From contig OX597831.1 in the NCBI GenBank assembly GCA_951406725.2, positions 13,454,001 through 13,518,000 of the forward strand: a stretch of DNA of 64,000 bases, read 5' to 3'. The notes under the pieces were generated by a model. That model saw only the letters and a program-made list of their open reading frames with translations, had not been told where the DNA came from and did no database searches. The stretch is from Octopus vulgaris (taxonomy: Eukaryota). Numbering within the stretch: position 1 is the first letter of the stretch; every line of letters starts with the position of its first letter. Below are positions 38,818 to 53,403 of this stretch, in pieces. The position numbers and the translations under genes are program-made.

Positions 38818-38862
38818 CATATATGTATGTATATCTGTATATATATATGTATATATATATGC

Positions 38863-38893
<31 letters not shown>

Positions 38894-39683
38894 CATGCAC
38901 ACACACATATATATATACATATATACATACATATATGTATACATATATATATATATATACATATATATATGTATAAATATATATATATATATGTATATAT
39001 GGTATGTAAACATGTATATATCTTCCTATACGCATACGTTTATACACAAATACGCATATATTCGCAGCTGGTGCTATCCACCTGCGTTGAGAAACAAAGA
39101 AGATACGTGTATGCGCGCGTGTCTACCTATGCAGCTGGTGCATAGTTTTCCGTGGGTGGTTATTAAACCACAGGTGTGCATGTCTATATAAATAATCATG
39201 AACGTATACGTATATGTGTGTGGGCGTGCGCGGCGCGTGCGTGTCTGTGCGTGTGTAGGCGGATATTTTCGTTCAGTTGCTTCAGTCATTGCATTGTGGA
39301 TATCCCGGAGGACTGCTTTCGTGGGTTTAGTTGAACAAGGAGGAAATCGAACCCGCGACATATATTCAAGAAGTCTGTCAGTTTCTGTGGTTGAACCGCT
39401 ACATTACAGGGCATAAACGAAATAACATTTGTTATTAAGCAGTGTAGGGGACAAACACGTTGAGACACACAGATAAATACACAGAAATACATACACAGAC
39501 GCACATACGCGCGCGCAAACACACACACGCACACACATGTAGAAATACACACACAAATTTACGTACACACTTAGGTATGCATATGCTTGTTACGATACAT
39601 ACATTTGTTTCTGTGTATCTATCTGTCTGCCTATGTATGTATGTATGTATGTATGTATGTATGTATGTATGTATGTATGTATG

Positions 39684-39791
<108 letters not shown>

Positions 39792-39809
39792 TATATATAG
39801 ATATATGAA

Positions 39810-40015
39810 GTTAATCCAAACAAGAAAGCATAAAAAGAACCCAACAACGCGAGGACGTGGAACAAATATAGTATTAGTGGACGCTCGGGAAAGAAGGAAG
39901 GAAAGAGGGTTTAATGTTTCGAGCGGAGCTCTTCGTCGGAAACATAGGAGAAGGAAAGATCCAGAGAAGAGAGACAGAGGGAAAAAAATCGCCAACGGTA
40001 CACACGAGGTCACAT
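39810..40015 (-). mobile_element. Penelope-like pLTR fragment between (TA)n tracts, hammerhead at 39909-39943
   Basis: Minus strand GTTT-CCGACGA-A-GAGC TCC GCTC-GAAA-CA-TT-AAAC; homologous to 3015-3230. Confidence 0.65.
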
Positions 40016-40054
40016 TATATATATATATATATATATATCCCTGTCTATCTATCG

Positions 40055-40730
<676 letters not shown>

Positions 40731-41100
40731 ATGTGTGTGTTTTTGTGTGAGTGTATTTATATAAACGTGTGTGCGTGCATGTACTATGTATTTGCATATA
40801 CTTCGTACTATTTCCTGATAACCGAGCCGTGATGGAACCCGGCTTATCGATATCAGAATAATATATAATAAAAAAAACTTGTGGCGTTTTATGATGCGTC
40901 TAAACCAGAGTGTATGTTTGTGCGTGTGTGTATGTATCTATGCATATACATGAATATATATATATATATTTGCTCACACAAGACGCGCATTTGTCCTATT
41001 CGTAGCATTATCGAACCGAGGGTCTAACTACGACCTTCCGTATCACTTTCATAGCCTTCCCTGTCATCTTGGGTCTTCTGGATACCAACAACTTTCATAA

Positions 41101-41174
<74 letters not shown>

Positions 41175-41427
41175 ATAATATTAGGGAATAAATCCAAACT
41201 TACAGGGAAAAATTAGATTTAGGATTAAATCCAATTTTATAGTATAAATATATTATATTATATTATATTAAATTAGAGATAAAACCACTATTAGGCAAAT
41301 CAAACAGTGAAAAACATAAGCCAATACATAAAATTAATTTTAAAATATAAAAGTTAAATTAAAAAATTATTTAAATAATTTAAACTTATAAATTTTATAT
41401 ATATATATATACAAATATATATATATA

Positions 41428-41676
41428 CCGACCAGGCTATCAAATGTCGCTGGTCACAATGCGCTTTGCATTGTTTAAGCCTTCAAGTGACGCCACCCCG
41501 CTGGCTAAACGAGCAGGCCAACAGAAAAAAGAGTAAGAGAAATTTATGGCGAAAGAATACAGCAGGAGCCGCGTGGAGCTTTAGGTGTTTTCGCTCAATA
41601 AACACTCACAACGCCCGGTCTGAGAATCGAAACCGCGATCGTACGACCGCGAGTCCGCTGCCGTAACCACTGGGCC
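41428..41676 (-). mobile_element. tRNA-derived SINE family C head with a different 3' part
   Basis: Minus strand ggcccagtggttacggcagcggactcgcggtc..ggtttcgattctcagacc..gagcgaaaacacctaaagctccac matches 10082-10200. Confidence 0.78.
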
Positions 41677-42234
41677 ATATATACATATATATGTACATAC
41701 ATACACACACACACATATTTATTTGATATATATACAAACACACAACACATATATATATATGTATGTATGTGTGTACAAATGTGTATGTACGTATATACAC
41801 ATGCGCATATAGGTTTGTCTATGTAGATACATGTAAATTATCTACATTATCCTAAGCCTATGGATACACAAACCGAAAAACCGACAAACAGATGGAAAGA
41901 CCGAAAGAAAGACAGCCAGGCGAGCGGAACTGCAGTAGCTAATGGAAGACCAGATGGAAAGTAATGTTAACTTTGTAAAGCAATTTTAGAAATGAAATAC
42001 ATCCGAGAAATGCAGATATTCATCTTGGGAGTTAAGTACGAAGTAGCCATATTTAATTCGAACTCCTACGAAAAGAAAATTAGAAAAGAAAAATCAGAAA
42101 TGCATCGTTTTAATTTCTTACGCAAATGAATTGTCTTACTCCATAACAGGTACAATTCTCAAAGGTATGTGTGTGTATATATGTTTGTTTTTTTGTGTGT
42201 GTGTGGGGAGGGGATATACGTATATGTAAATATC

Positions 42235-42313
<79 letters not shown>

Positions 42314-42450
42314 ATATATGTATATATACGTGTGCGTGTGTATGTATTTATGTATCAAAGAATACGTGTGTGTGAGCGTGGGTGTGTATATATATGTGTG
42401 TAGCTCTCTGTATATATACATGTATATGTGTGTGCATAAATATAATATCT

Positions 42451-42481
<31 letters not shown>

Positions 42482-42664
42482 CATACATACATACATATAC
42501 ACAGACATACATACATATATATATACATACACACATACTGATACTCATGAAGTGCATATATCGCAAACTACACGTAGATCTATAAACACATGAATCACAC
42601 CACACACGACTCATGGACACATGACTCGCGTCACGAGAACGACAATATATATGCATACACACAC

Positions 42665-42745
<81 letters not shown>

Positions 42746-43548
42746 CATACAAACATAGATTTCTTTTCCCCGTGTTGTATTCGCCCATTTTCTTTGCTAC
42801 CATTTATTTACTTGTTCAGTCTAAGACTTATTTATATATCAAAAGGAAACATTTAAAACTGAACTTCTATCGGCTTTTAATTTCCGGTAGAGATATATTC
42901 TCTTTCGCTAGAACGAAAGAAAAAAAAAGTTGCAATCATTCTCTTTTATTGATTCCGAATTAAATCGAACCTAAAAAGTTGCTCCACTTAGAAAGAAAAT
43001 TAAGCAAGGGGAAAAAAAAAGAACATATATTAAGAAAATATGGAAGTATTCTAGATGATTTTATTTTTATTTGCTTATCGGAGAGAATATATATGGAATT
43101 TATTCAGTCTAACAGAAGAATTTCTTTGGTTGGATAAACTATCATTTGTACTGTTAATCTAGCGAATATCAGTCGTATAGATTTTAGATACGAAGACTAC
43201 TATTATCAATTATAGTAATGATGATGATGATGACGACGACGACGTAGTTGTTGCTGTTGTTGCAGCTGCTGCAAAAGTGCTCGAGTATATCTGAGTGGTT
43301 TAGACTTTCACTTCATTAGTGCCCGGTTTCGGGTTTCATCCTCCTAAATGGCTCCTTGGTCAAATGTCTTCTGGCATAGCCTACAAAAGAGCTAAAGCGT
43401 CATCTGCGAATTTCAATAACTTTAATCCACTTCAAGTAGCACTCGACCCATTAATCGGTTTTTGCATAAGACCACGTAGAGTCATGCTATCACCCAGTCG
43501 GGTTCGTCCTTCGTCGCGTCAGTCTCAGAGCCATACCCAGCATCACAC

Positions 43549-43654
<106 letters not shown>

Positions 43655-44278
43655 CCTTATCAAAGGGTCACGTATGCTGTCATTGTTTTTTAACTCATAG
43701 TAGTCTCTCGTAGTCCGATGAAGACGGTTCTGAAATTTATTGTTGAACAATCTAAACACATTGATTTGTTTATGGTGATCAAATGTTTCTGCTGTACCTT
43801 AGATCACTCCCTCCATTCGATCGATGTTGTCTGTCCAGGTGAATTGAAGTGATGGAAGAACAACGTAGGATAAAGCGTTTCGCCCCAGAACACAATGCAG
43901 CATCGGGTGCCGGAATTGAAACCACGGTTTCGCGACGTTGAGTGTAAATTTTAGTTAATGAGAGCAACGTAGCAAACAAGATAAAATTTGTTTTACACCT
44001 ACACCGAGCATAGTATTCCTCATACAGTGAGTAAAATAAAGACACTTGCCCTATCTGTTTGAAATAGCAGACAAATAGGCCTCGAAGCAAATATTACCCA
44101 CTTAAAAAGGGAAGGACAAATATATGCTCCCAGGAGACATTCACATTCTATTTCGTGTGCAGGTCTCTGAGCATAATTCAGACTGCAGAATTCACATAAT
44201 GGTTATATAATAACATCTCATTCGCATCTGTCAGTTTGATGGACGAGAAAATCAGAGTACAATACATGAATGTGATAA

Positions 44279-44333
<55 letters not shown>

Positions 44334-44503
44334 TATATATAGATAGCTAGATAGATATGTGTTATTGCATGTGTGTGAGTTAATGTTTGCACGTGTGTGT
44401 ATATATATATATATACATACACACACAAGTATATATGTATGCATGTATACGTATATCTATGTATATATGAATACATTTCTTTATGACTACACGTCATATC
44501 CAT

Positions 44504-44549
<46 letters not shown>

Positions 44550-44894
44550 ACACGCACGCACACTCATAGGGAAAGAAAGAGAGAAACAATGAGAGAAACA
44601 TGCACACTTTCATCCAGTGACATATTCGTATGAAATAAATCCTTTTCTGCAAGCAAGATTTTCATAAATTTATGGATTAAATATAGAGAACTAAGCCACA
44701 TATAATATTGATATATAATCGATAGAAATTCATTGACCTGGTGACACCATCTTTAAAAATTGAAGACAGAGTAAGCTAGAATTCTTCAAATATTAATTAT
44801 AGTTTGACGTGTAATTTACTTCTTAAGCTAAATAAATGATTTATACTAATCACGGTCTTGCCATAATCTTCTTAAACTGCCATTTAGCAGAATT

Positions 44895-44956
<62 letters not shown>

Positions 44957-45346
44957 CAGCGAGTATTTAGATGTTCTTAATCAACAATTTTCTCAGTTTA
45001 GCAACCATTTTAATATCGGCTCAAATCTATTTACATTTTATTTCCCTTACGTTGCAAATTTCTTCATCAGCAGGACATCCTACTCTCAGCCACGTGTACA
45101 AAAGCTAACATTACAAATAAACACGTGTATACACACACAGACACACGCATACACACACAGACGCACACACACACACACACGCACACATACACACACAATT
45201 ATCTATGCATGTGTATATATGTATATATATACATACATGTATATATGGATATATACATACATCTAAGTATATATATATATATATGTGTGTGTGTGTATAT
45301 ATGCACGTATATATATATATATACATATATATCAATAATAACAATA

Positions 45347-46194
45347 ATAACAAAGGGTGAAATTAATTAATTAAGAAGTAATTAGTAATTTCACCAAGTA
45401 GAATCCGGCATGAAAGACCATTTTATGGTAAGTTTAAGTAATACTATATAATTAGGGTTCAGCAACGATTAGCTTCACCGCACACCGAAGTTTAGAAACA
45501 GCAGTCAAAATCTTAGCTATTCCTTCTACTTCAAAGGGAGTTCCCAGAAAAACCAAAGCACTTGAAAACAAACCACGTAGGCAAAAGGGGAAAAACTTAC
45601 CATAAAATGGTCTTTTTTCATGCCGAATTCTACTTGGTGAAATTACTAATTACTTCTTAATTAATTAATTTCACCCTTTGTTATTACAGATAATTGTATT
45701 TTTCTCCCAGAAAAAAACTGTAGCATCTTACTTTGGCAACACGCTGGAGGGCGAGGGAGGATGACTTACTCTCATTAATTTTTTGAATTTGGCGGCACTA
45801 GCACGGAATATGATCTCTCTGATACCGTTAGGGGAATTGATGGTTTCCAGTGTCTTTAAATTTAATATGCAATTTTTTAATAATTGAGATACAATTATTT
45901 ATATTTGAAGAATCCTACGCTGAAGAGACGAAAATAGTCGGGTAAGGTATAATTATTTATTATTTATGCTTTATACTGGCTTAATTCCGAAACGCGCGTC
46001 CGTAGGTAACCTAATATAGAATGATTTTCGTCATTTTTTCCCATTTTGCCTACGTGGTTTGTCTTCAAGTGCTTTGGTTTTTCAGGGAACTCCCTTTAAA
46101 GTAGAAGGAATAGCTAAGATTTTGACTGCTATTTCTAAACTTCGGTGTGTGGTGAAGCTAATCGTTGTTGAACCCTAATTATATAGTATTACTT
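45347..46194. mobile_element. PLE-related element with interleaved inverted repeats and an intact hammerhead, between (TA)n tracts
   Basis: 45347-45432 is the reverse complement of 45596-45684; 45436-45595 is the reverse complement of 46035-46194. Confidence 0.8.
45914..46006 (+). ncRNA. Type I hammerhead ribozyme, canonical core, extended helix II
   Basis: CCTACG-CTGAAGA-G..~60 nt..C-GAAA-CGCGCG-TC-CGTAGG. Perfect 6-bp helix I, palindromic helix III, GUC site after 46000. Confidence 0.82.
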
Positions 46195-46196
46195 AT

Positions 46197-46253
<57 letters not shown>

Positions 46254-46256
<3 letters not shown>

Positions 46257-46857
46257 AGAATTCACAAAAAAAGATGAAGACAGGTGGTGTAGACAGGAAA
46301 CAGATGTATTAGTATAACTCTCGGGAAGTGAAAATGTTTTAACGTTTCGAGCCTACGCCCTTATACAGAATGGAACACAGAAAGAAACAAGGAGAGAAAA
46401 TAACGAATGTGTAGTGGCTAGCGATCTATTATGGCGAATGCCGGACAGAAGGGTCATACAGGAGAGCTGGGGAGAAGGGGTGATAATAAAGTATTGGTGA
46501 TCCCAAAACGAAGTTGCGTTTGCGTGTCTATAAGAGAGCTTGTATGTGCGTGTGGAAGAAGGCTCGTGATCTTGACGTGTGCGTGCGTGTATCTGTAGGT
46601 GTGAAAATATGGGTCTATAAAGTGGGCAGCGCTGATGTGTGCGTTGTGGTGTGTTGTGAAGTGCTGTGTTGTGTGGTATGGTGGTGTAAGGTGTAGCGGT
46701 GCGTGGTGTGGTGTGATGGTGTTCGGAGGTGGGGAGGTGAGAGTGGGGAAAGCAAGGGTGGGGTGCAGGTTAGACTGAGGGTGGGGTACAGGTGGAGTAT
46801 GAGGGAGTGGGTGTAAGAATGGGGAAGGATAGGGAAGGTGGGGTAGAATGTATATAC

Positions 46858-46917
<60 letters not shown>

Positions 46918-48275
46918 GGAAAATTGGTAGGGAGAATCCGCGTTCTGGTAAATTTAAAATGTATATTAAGGTGAAAAGGCACAGAAATCTTGTTTGTATA
47001 GATAAAGATGATTTAATCCATTACAATATCTACAGTGTCGACCGGTTTAACTTCGCTAATCATGTTATGAAACCATAAGTTTTTGATTTAAACTTGCGTT
47101 GAAAGAGGTATGATACTGTTTTAGCAGTTGTACTGGAGAGTATACCTCAATGGGAATAATCAGTGAATATGATATTTTTTTTGATAAAGGGATAACAAAT
47201 GAAATAATTAATATTTCTTCGCCAAAGTTGGTGTTTTATTTGTGAAGACCTTTATATATTTATTTTAAGTAATTGTTTGTATTTTTAAATAAATGTAACC
47301 TCTATATTTAGTCGTTGTTGAGTTGAGGTCCTGTCCGTGCATTCGTATAGTGGGAATATTGTGAATTGTGGTTGGCCTTCCTTTGCATATCTGTCTATAA
47401 GACCACTGAATGGCATTTGACGGTATTTGGTGGTGGAAAATGTGTTATCTGTGTAGTGTAGAACTAGGTCTGAGGGAGATTCCTGTTGAGCCTACATAGT
47501 TCCTGCTGCACCCGGAACATGCTATGAGCTTTTCAGATGAGCTTTTTGTGAGTATCAGCTTTAGTGGTTTTGGCTGTTTGTTGTTTTTAGTCCTTTTATG
47601 GGTGCGTTGGATTTCATGCAGCTTAGGGTCCTTATGTAGTGTTGGAAGGTTTCAGATAATCGTGTATATGCTTCGTTCTTTCTAGGGTTGTATGTATAAG
47701 GTCATATTTTTAGAGTGGTTGTGTTGTTTGACCTCTCTTAGTGTAAGTATGTTAATTCTTTTTGCACGTTTTATCCCATCATCTATAAGAGACGTTGGGT
47801 AGTGTTGTCGAGGAGTATGTTTTTAAGTTCTAGTAGGCTGAATTCTCTGGTGTTTTTTCCGGCACTATAGTGCAGATTCTTCTCGCTAGATTGAATGGAT
47901 TATTTATTTTAATATGTCTCGGGTGGCATGAGCTAAATAATAAGTATTGTTTCGAGTATGTAGTTTTGTAAAATATGGAGTTTTCTATTGTTTAATTACT
48001 TTTTTTAGTATGTCTAGAAAAGGGTGTTTCTTTTTGCTGTTCCATTGAGAATTGTGTATTTATGCTATTGAGAAGTCTTTTGAATTCCAAAAGTTTCTCC
48101 ATGTTCTCATTCCATAGATTGAAACAGTCATCCAAATATCTTTTCCAATTTTCCTTTAAGTTTTGGGAAAGGGAATTTCCGAATTTTGTGAGTGACTCCT
48201 GATATACTGTCAGTTCCAAATGGTCCATTGTCAGGTTGGCAAGAATGGGGGCTGCCTTGGTTCCCATCGCGACTC
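46254..48275 (-). mobile_element. 5'-truncated decayed Penelope-like element (RT, thumb, GIY-YIG remnants, pLTR with degenerate hammerhead ~46338-46370)
   Basis: ORF 47992-48267 has MGTKAAPILANL.M..LE and WKRYLDDCF. Downstream are KQYLLFSSCHPRH..PFNLARRICTI and CSGCSRNYVGSTG. Minus strand ..GGGC GTAG GCTC GAAACGTT in the terminal repeat. Confidence 0.88.
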
Positions 48276-48999
48276 TATTACTACACAGATAAACACGAAA
48301 GATGCATACTCCCCACCTCTCTCTATCTCTCTCTCATCAACAACAAAACACACACACGATTTAAAATAAATAAGAGACGTTGAACAAGCAGATTGTAGAT
48401 TCGAAACCATACGTTAGACAAAGTCCAACCGAGGACTGTGTATGTCCTTGTGTTGAAATGTTTTTCCCCCCTTACATGTTTTCTATTGTTTTTCTTTTTC
48501 TGTCCACATGCTGATCGTGGTGGGAAAAGGCCACGCCCTCGATGTACATTTGTAGGGCCTCCAAATGAAATAAGAAAACCGGATTAAAGAATTACAGACT
48601 CATAAGATACTGCTGTTCTAAGAATCGGTATATTGATATTAAGTAACTATTGTGCACGATGTTATTGAGTAATCCGCACAGTATTGATATATCATATAAT
48701 CTTCAGAGTATTATTATATCAAATAATTCCTAGATTATAGAGATATCAAATAATCCTCACAGTTTTATGATGTCATGTAGTTTTCAGATTAGCAAAATAT
48801 CTTTATCTTCCTTGATACTTTTTATCTCCCCCGTCCAATGAGATGAAAGTCGAACGTGGCAAGGGCGTGATTTGAAGACAGAGCGCACAGTGAGTGAACA
48901 ATAATCCGAGGCTTACTTTGCGATGCTCTACCGACTCTGTCCCGTTCAATCTTTTTGCCTTTGTTCTTTGACTACAGCTGGACCAAATGTTTAGTGCTG

Positions 49000-50405
49000 C
49001 TTAGTTCCTGCTCTGTATAGTTTTACTTCAAATTCTGCCGAGGTCAGCTTAGCCTTTGATCACTCTGAGGTCCGTAAAATTAAGCACCTATAAAATACTG
49101 GCGCAATGGTATCGACTCACCCACTCCCTTCAACAGCGCTCGCCTTGTGCTTCAATTGAAAGTCTACTATATAAGATTTATATAAAGCATCACTTCGAGA
49201 AAGAAGCGAGAACGACTCTCTCGTGTCTATCGCTTGCCGGACGAAGGCATTACTACTTTACCTATTCCACAGAAAAATGTCTACCACCCATCGTCACACT
49301 TGGATTCATAATAAATGATATGAGTATGATTTACATAAAGCACCAATTTGCAAAAAAAAAACGAGAATGAGGCCATCGTGTTTACTGTTAACGAAACAAA
49401 CTCGTTAGTGGGACAAATGCTACACTAGAGAATATCCATCAAAGGCAGCGAGTTGGCAGAAACGTTAGCACGCCGGGCGAAATGCGTAGTCTGTTGTAAC
49501 GTAGCGAGTTCAACTTCCGCAAAAGTCGACTTTGCCTTTCATCCTTTCGGGGTCGATAAATTAAGTGGGGTCTATATAATCGACTTAATCCCTTTGTCTG
49601 TCCTTGTTTGTCCCCTCTGTGCTTAGCCCCTTGTGGGTAGTAAAATAAATATAGAATATCTATCACCTATCGTCACAGTTAGATGCTAAAGATTATTTCT
49701 GCTCTTTACCGAAGATTGACAAAATCGTTAGAGCGCAGCATTGAATGTCTTCCAGGGTTCATTTTAGCTTGCAGTTCTCTAAGTTCAAATTGCGCCGAGG
49801 TCGATTTTTGTCACTCAACCGTTCAGGGTGGATCTCAAGTAAAAACTGGAGACGTTCGTTCCTTGTCATGTATTTTTCTTCATTTTTGGTTTTTCGAAAT
49901 CGGCTACATTGACGGGACCAAGCAAAGAATGGATATTTATTTCTTTATTGCCCACAAGGGGACAGACAAGGACAGACAAAGGTATTAAATATATTACATC
50001 GACCCCATTGCGTAACTGGTACTTATTCAATCGACCTCTGCTTAATTTGAACTCAGAAGAATGGATATTAAAGCCGTGAGTCCAACCAATTCCTTCTCCA
50101 TCATTCTACGAACACGTTCAGCAAGAAAATTGAATAGTATTAACTTTTACCTACCGGATAGGTAGAATAATTAATTTCTGAATAACATATCCTTTTCTGG
50201 TATAGGCACAAGGCTCGAAATTTTGGGGGAGGGAGGGCAGTCGATTAGACTGACCCCAGTACGCAACAGGTACTTAATTTATCGATCCCGAAAAGATAAA
50301 AGGCTAAGTCAACCGCGGCGGAATTTGAACTTAGAACGCAAAGACGGACGAAATACCGCTAAGCATTTCGCCAGGGCGTTAACGATTCTGGCAGCTCACC
50401 GCCTT
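49000..50405. mobile_element. Cluster of SINE family A copies in both orientations (+ 49443-49645; - 49935-50060 and 50192-50403)
   Basis: Match to the family A consensus seen at 8276 and 22737. Confidence 0.78.
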
Positions 50406-50609
50406 TTCTGAATTAAATATCGATGGCGTTGTGTCAACTTTGCATTCATCTGATGGGGTAGTTGATACTTTTGTAGTGTACAAATTCATTATCATTAAAC
50501 GAAAATATTGACAGTAACTTCGAAGTTTCGGCCAGTTAAGCGATCGGTTGACGATGGATTAACTGTCTAAAACTTCGAAATTAATTTCAATAATATTCTT
50601 GCATAATTT

Positions 50610-50700
<91 letters not shown>

Positions 50701-50906
50701 TATAAACATCATTCTGTTACATAATTTAGTCTTTTAAGCTTCGCAACGCTGGAGCGCTACTGTAAAGTGTTTTAGTCGAAGAAAATCGACCCCGAACTTA
50801 TTCTTTGTAAGCCTAGTACTTTTGCCAAACCGTTAACATCGGTTGTTAAGCGATGGTGAGGTGAGGGACGGCAAAAACAGACATAAAGACACACACAAAT
50901 TAAAAC

Positions 50907-50970
<64 letters not shown>

Positions 50971-51146
50971 AATAAGATCGTTAATATCAAGCATGGAAAA
51001 AATAACCTTCAAAGGTAATAATTATTAAAATTATGAATTAGAGTTAGATTCATAAATTATGAATTTAGAGTCAGATCATGGCTGCTATTTTCAGCATGGT
51101 GGTATCTCGTAGATACCCTAATTTATAATATATATATACATATATA

Positions 51147-52327
51147 CTAGCAGAGATACCCGGCGTTGCCCGGTTACATTCAATTGAAGAATTAGACGTT
51201 TCTGTTATATTTTCTGAATGAACTGGAATATCTATGTTTCGAATTTCATCAAAATTGCAGATGAGGGTTATTTCCCTCTTTAAACACCCTAAAGAATTGT
51301 AATCGTGCCACATGGAAAACAAAAAGACGAATGATCACAATAAGCAGTCAGTTACCCTACCCTAGTCGTTACCACTCCCAATGTAGGATTCCTCACCATC
51401 CAGCTGACAGGCACAGCCGTAAGATGCAATACGAATCTGTAGCAATTGGAAGGGCATGACCCAACTGAAATCAACATTAACAACTGTGTGACGTGAGGGC
51501 TTAGGAGAAATTAAAGTGTTACCTCTGGAGTTTGCAAATGACAACTATACTGATGCGTAACTGGACAGAATGAATTTAAAATCTATAAAAGTCTTTGAAT
51601 AACCAGTCACTCATCTGGGAAGGCCTTGTAATGAATGTCATCATCTGGGGACTATGTGTGACCGAGTGATAATAAAAAGACTGAAAGGAGGTCTGCAATC
51701 AAATAACTTTACTCAACACTTTGCAACTGAATCAGTGGAGACAAAGATGCCTCTCATTTACTTAACAATTTATGCACCACATTGCATAAATCACAATGTA
51801 AGTGTATGTCAAAGCAAAATGTTACACTGTTGTACCATTGAATTAGAAATAATGCCCAACTTTTATGCTTGGGTAACCCCACAGCTTCCAAGAGCACAAC
51901 TATATTCGTTTTTGCTTGGATAAAATGATAAAATTGTGGGTGTTAAGTCCCTATGGAGGGGTCTTTTTAACTTTGTAAGAAGATGAAATTTTATAAATAT
52001 TACTCCATTTGTGTCTAATATCTATGGTTAAAATTTCATTAACAGCAAAAAAATATATGAATTGTCATGGGGGTTATGGCCCTTATGCTTAGAATATAAT
52101 TTCCAAATTTCATAAAGATCCATTCAGTACTTTTGACCTCGTTTTGGATCATAGCGTCGACTGTGGGCTTGTAGCTGTGTACAGTCGCCTCAATGTCGCC
52201 AATGACACTTGCCCATGACACTCCATGGACACTAAGTAAGGCGTGTGTAAAATTTGAATGAAATTGGTTGTGTAGTTTTATGGATTCACACAGACAGACA
52301 GACAGACATTCTCACTTTCATATATAT
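51147..52327 (-). mobile_element. Non-autonomous Helitron (copy 1)
   Basis: Minus-strand 3' end CCGGGCAACGCCGGG-8 nt-CTAG|T; 5' part has (CTGT)n next to a TATATA start, as in Lep1-like Helitrons. Confidence 0.72.
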
Positions 52328-52334
52328 CCATATA

Positions 52335-53345
52335 CTAGCATTATGACCCTGTCGTTGCCGGGTCATAGTGCTAGTGCATGTATATATGTGTATATATATG
52401 TGTACATATTACATGTACATCTATATATATATATATACATCTACACATAAAATACAAAATACAAAGTTATATCTTGATATCGCTAGTGATAACAATACTC
52501 AAATTACATAACAGAGTGGAATTGTAGGCCCGTCTATTGCAATTTCGATCAATTGGATCTTGTGGTCCCTCTTGTATAGAAGTGTACGTCTGCAGCGAAA
52601 TTCATTTTTGGACTTACTTCTATCGAAGGTATTTTAACAAAAATGCTTCCGTAAAGACGGTGAAAATATTGTCAATTTCCCCAAATAGGGACACAATTCA
52701 ATTTTTAAACAATTACCAAAGCCCCTTCTCCGAAAGTGGGGTGGGTTACGGTTTACAATTATTCAACAAATGCAACACAACAACGTTTCCCTGACGAGAA
52801 ACCAACAAATGTGATTACAATAGTCATACAGTAAGAATAATAACAACAAACCTTTTTCATTTATCCCCATTTATGTGAAACCACTTATTCAAGTTCAAGT
52901 CATTGATGCAATTTTATACGAATTGCTAATACACACACCCACATCCACACACACACACATAATAAGTGTGAAAAATTGAATATTAATTTGATTAATATGA
53001 ATTGAAAACCAGTGGTGTAGCATATAAGACCATAGCGGATCTTCTTCTAGGAAAATGGATGACCACTGTTAATGGTTAATCACTGTTATATAATACTTTC
53101 ACTTTTATAGTTTCAGTATTAAAATGAATGTCTGCATTACAAAAGAGAGATGTTTTTGTTTCACTTTCAACACGTAATACTGAAATAGTGGATAAGATAT
53201 GATATTCCTGTGGGGTCGCCCTAGGGAAAAAGTTAGAATTTTTTTGCCGATGACACTCCCCGGCCTTAAGTAAGGTATGTGTAAAATTTGAATGAAATTG
53301 GTTGTGGAGAGAAACAGACAGACAGACAGACACACATTCTCAGTT

Positions 53346-53355
<10 letters not shown>
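52335..53355 (-). mobile_element. Non-autonomous Helitron (copy 2, tandem to copy 1)
   Basis: Shares the 5' block gtgtaaaatttgaatgaaattggttgtg..acagacagacagaca..cattctca with copy 1; 3' hairpin and CTAG at 52335-52375. Confidence 0.72.
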
Positions 53356-53391
<36 letters not shown>

Positions 53392-53403
53392 CAAAAAAAC
53401 ACA

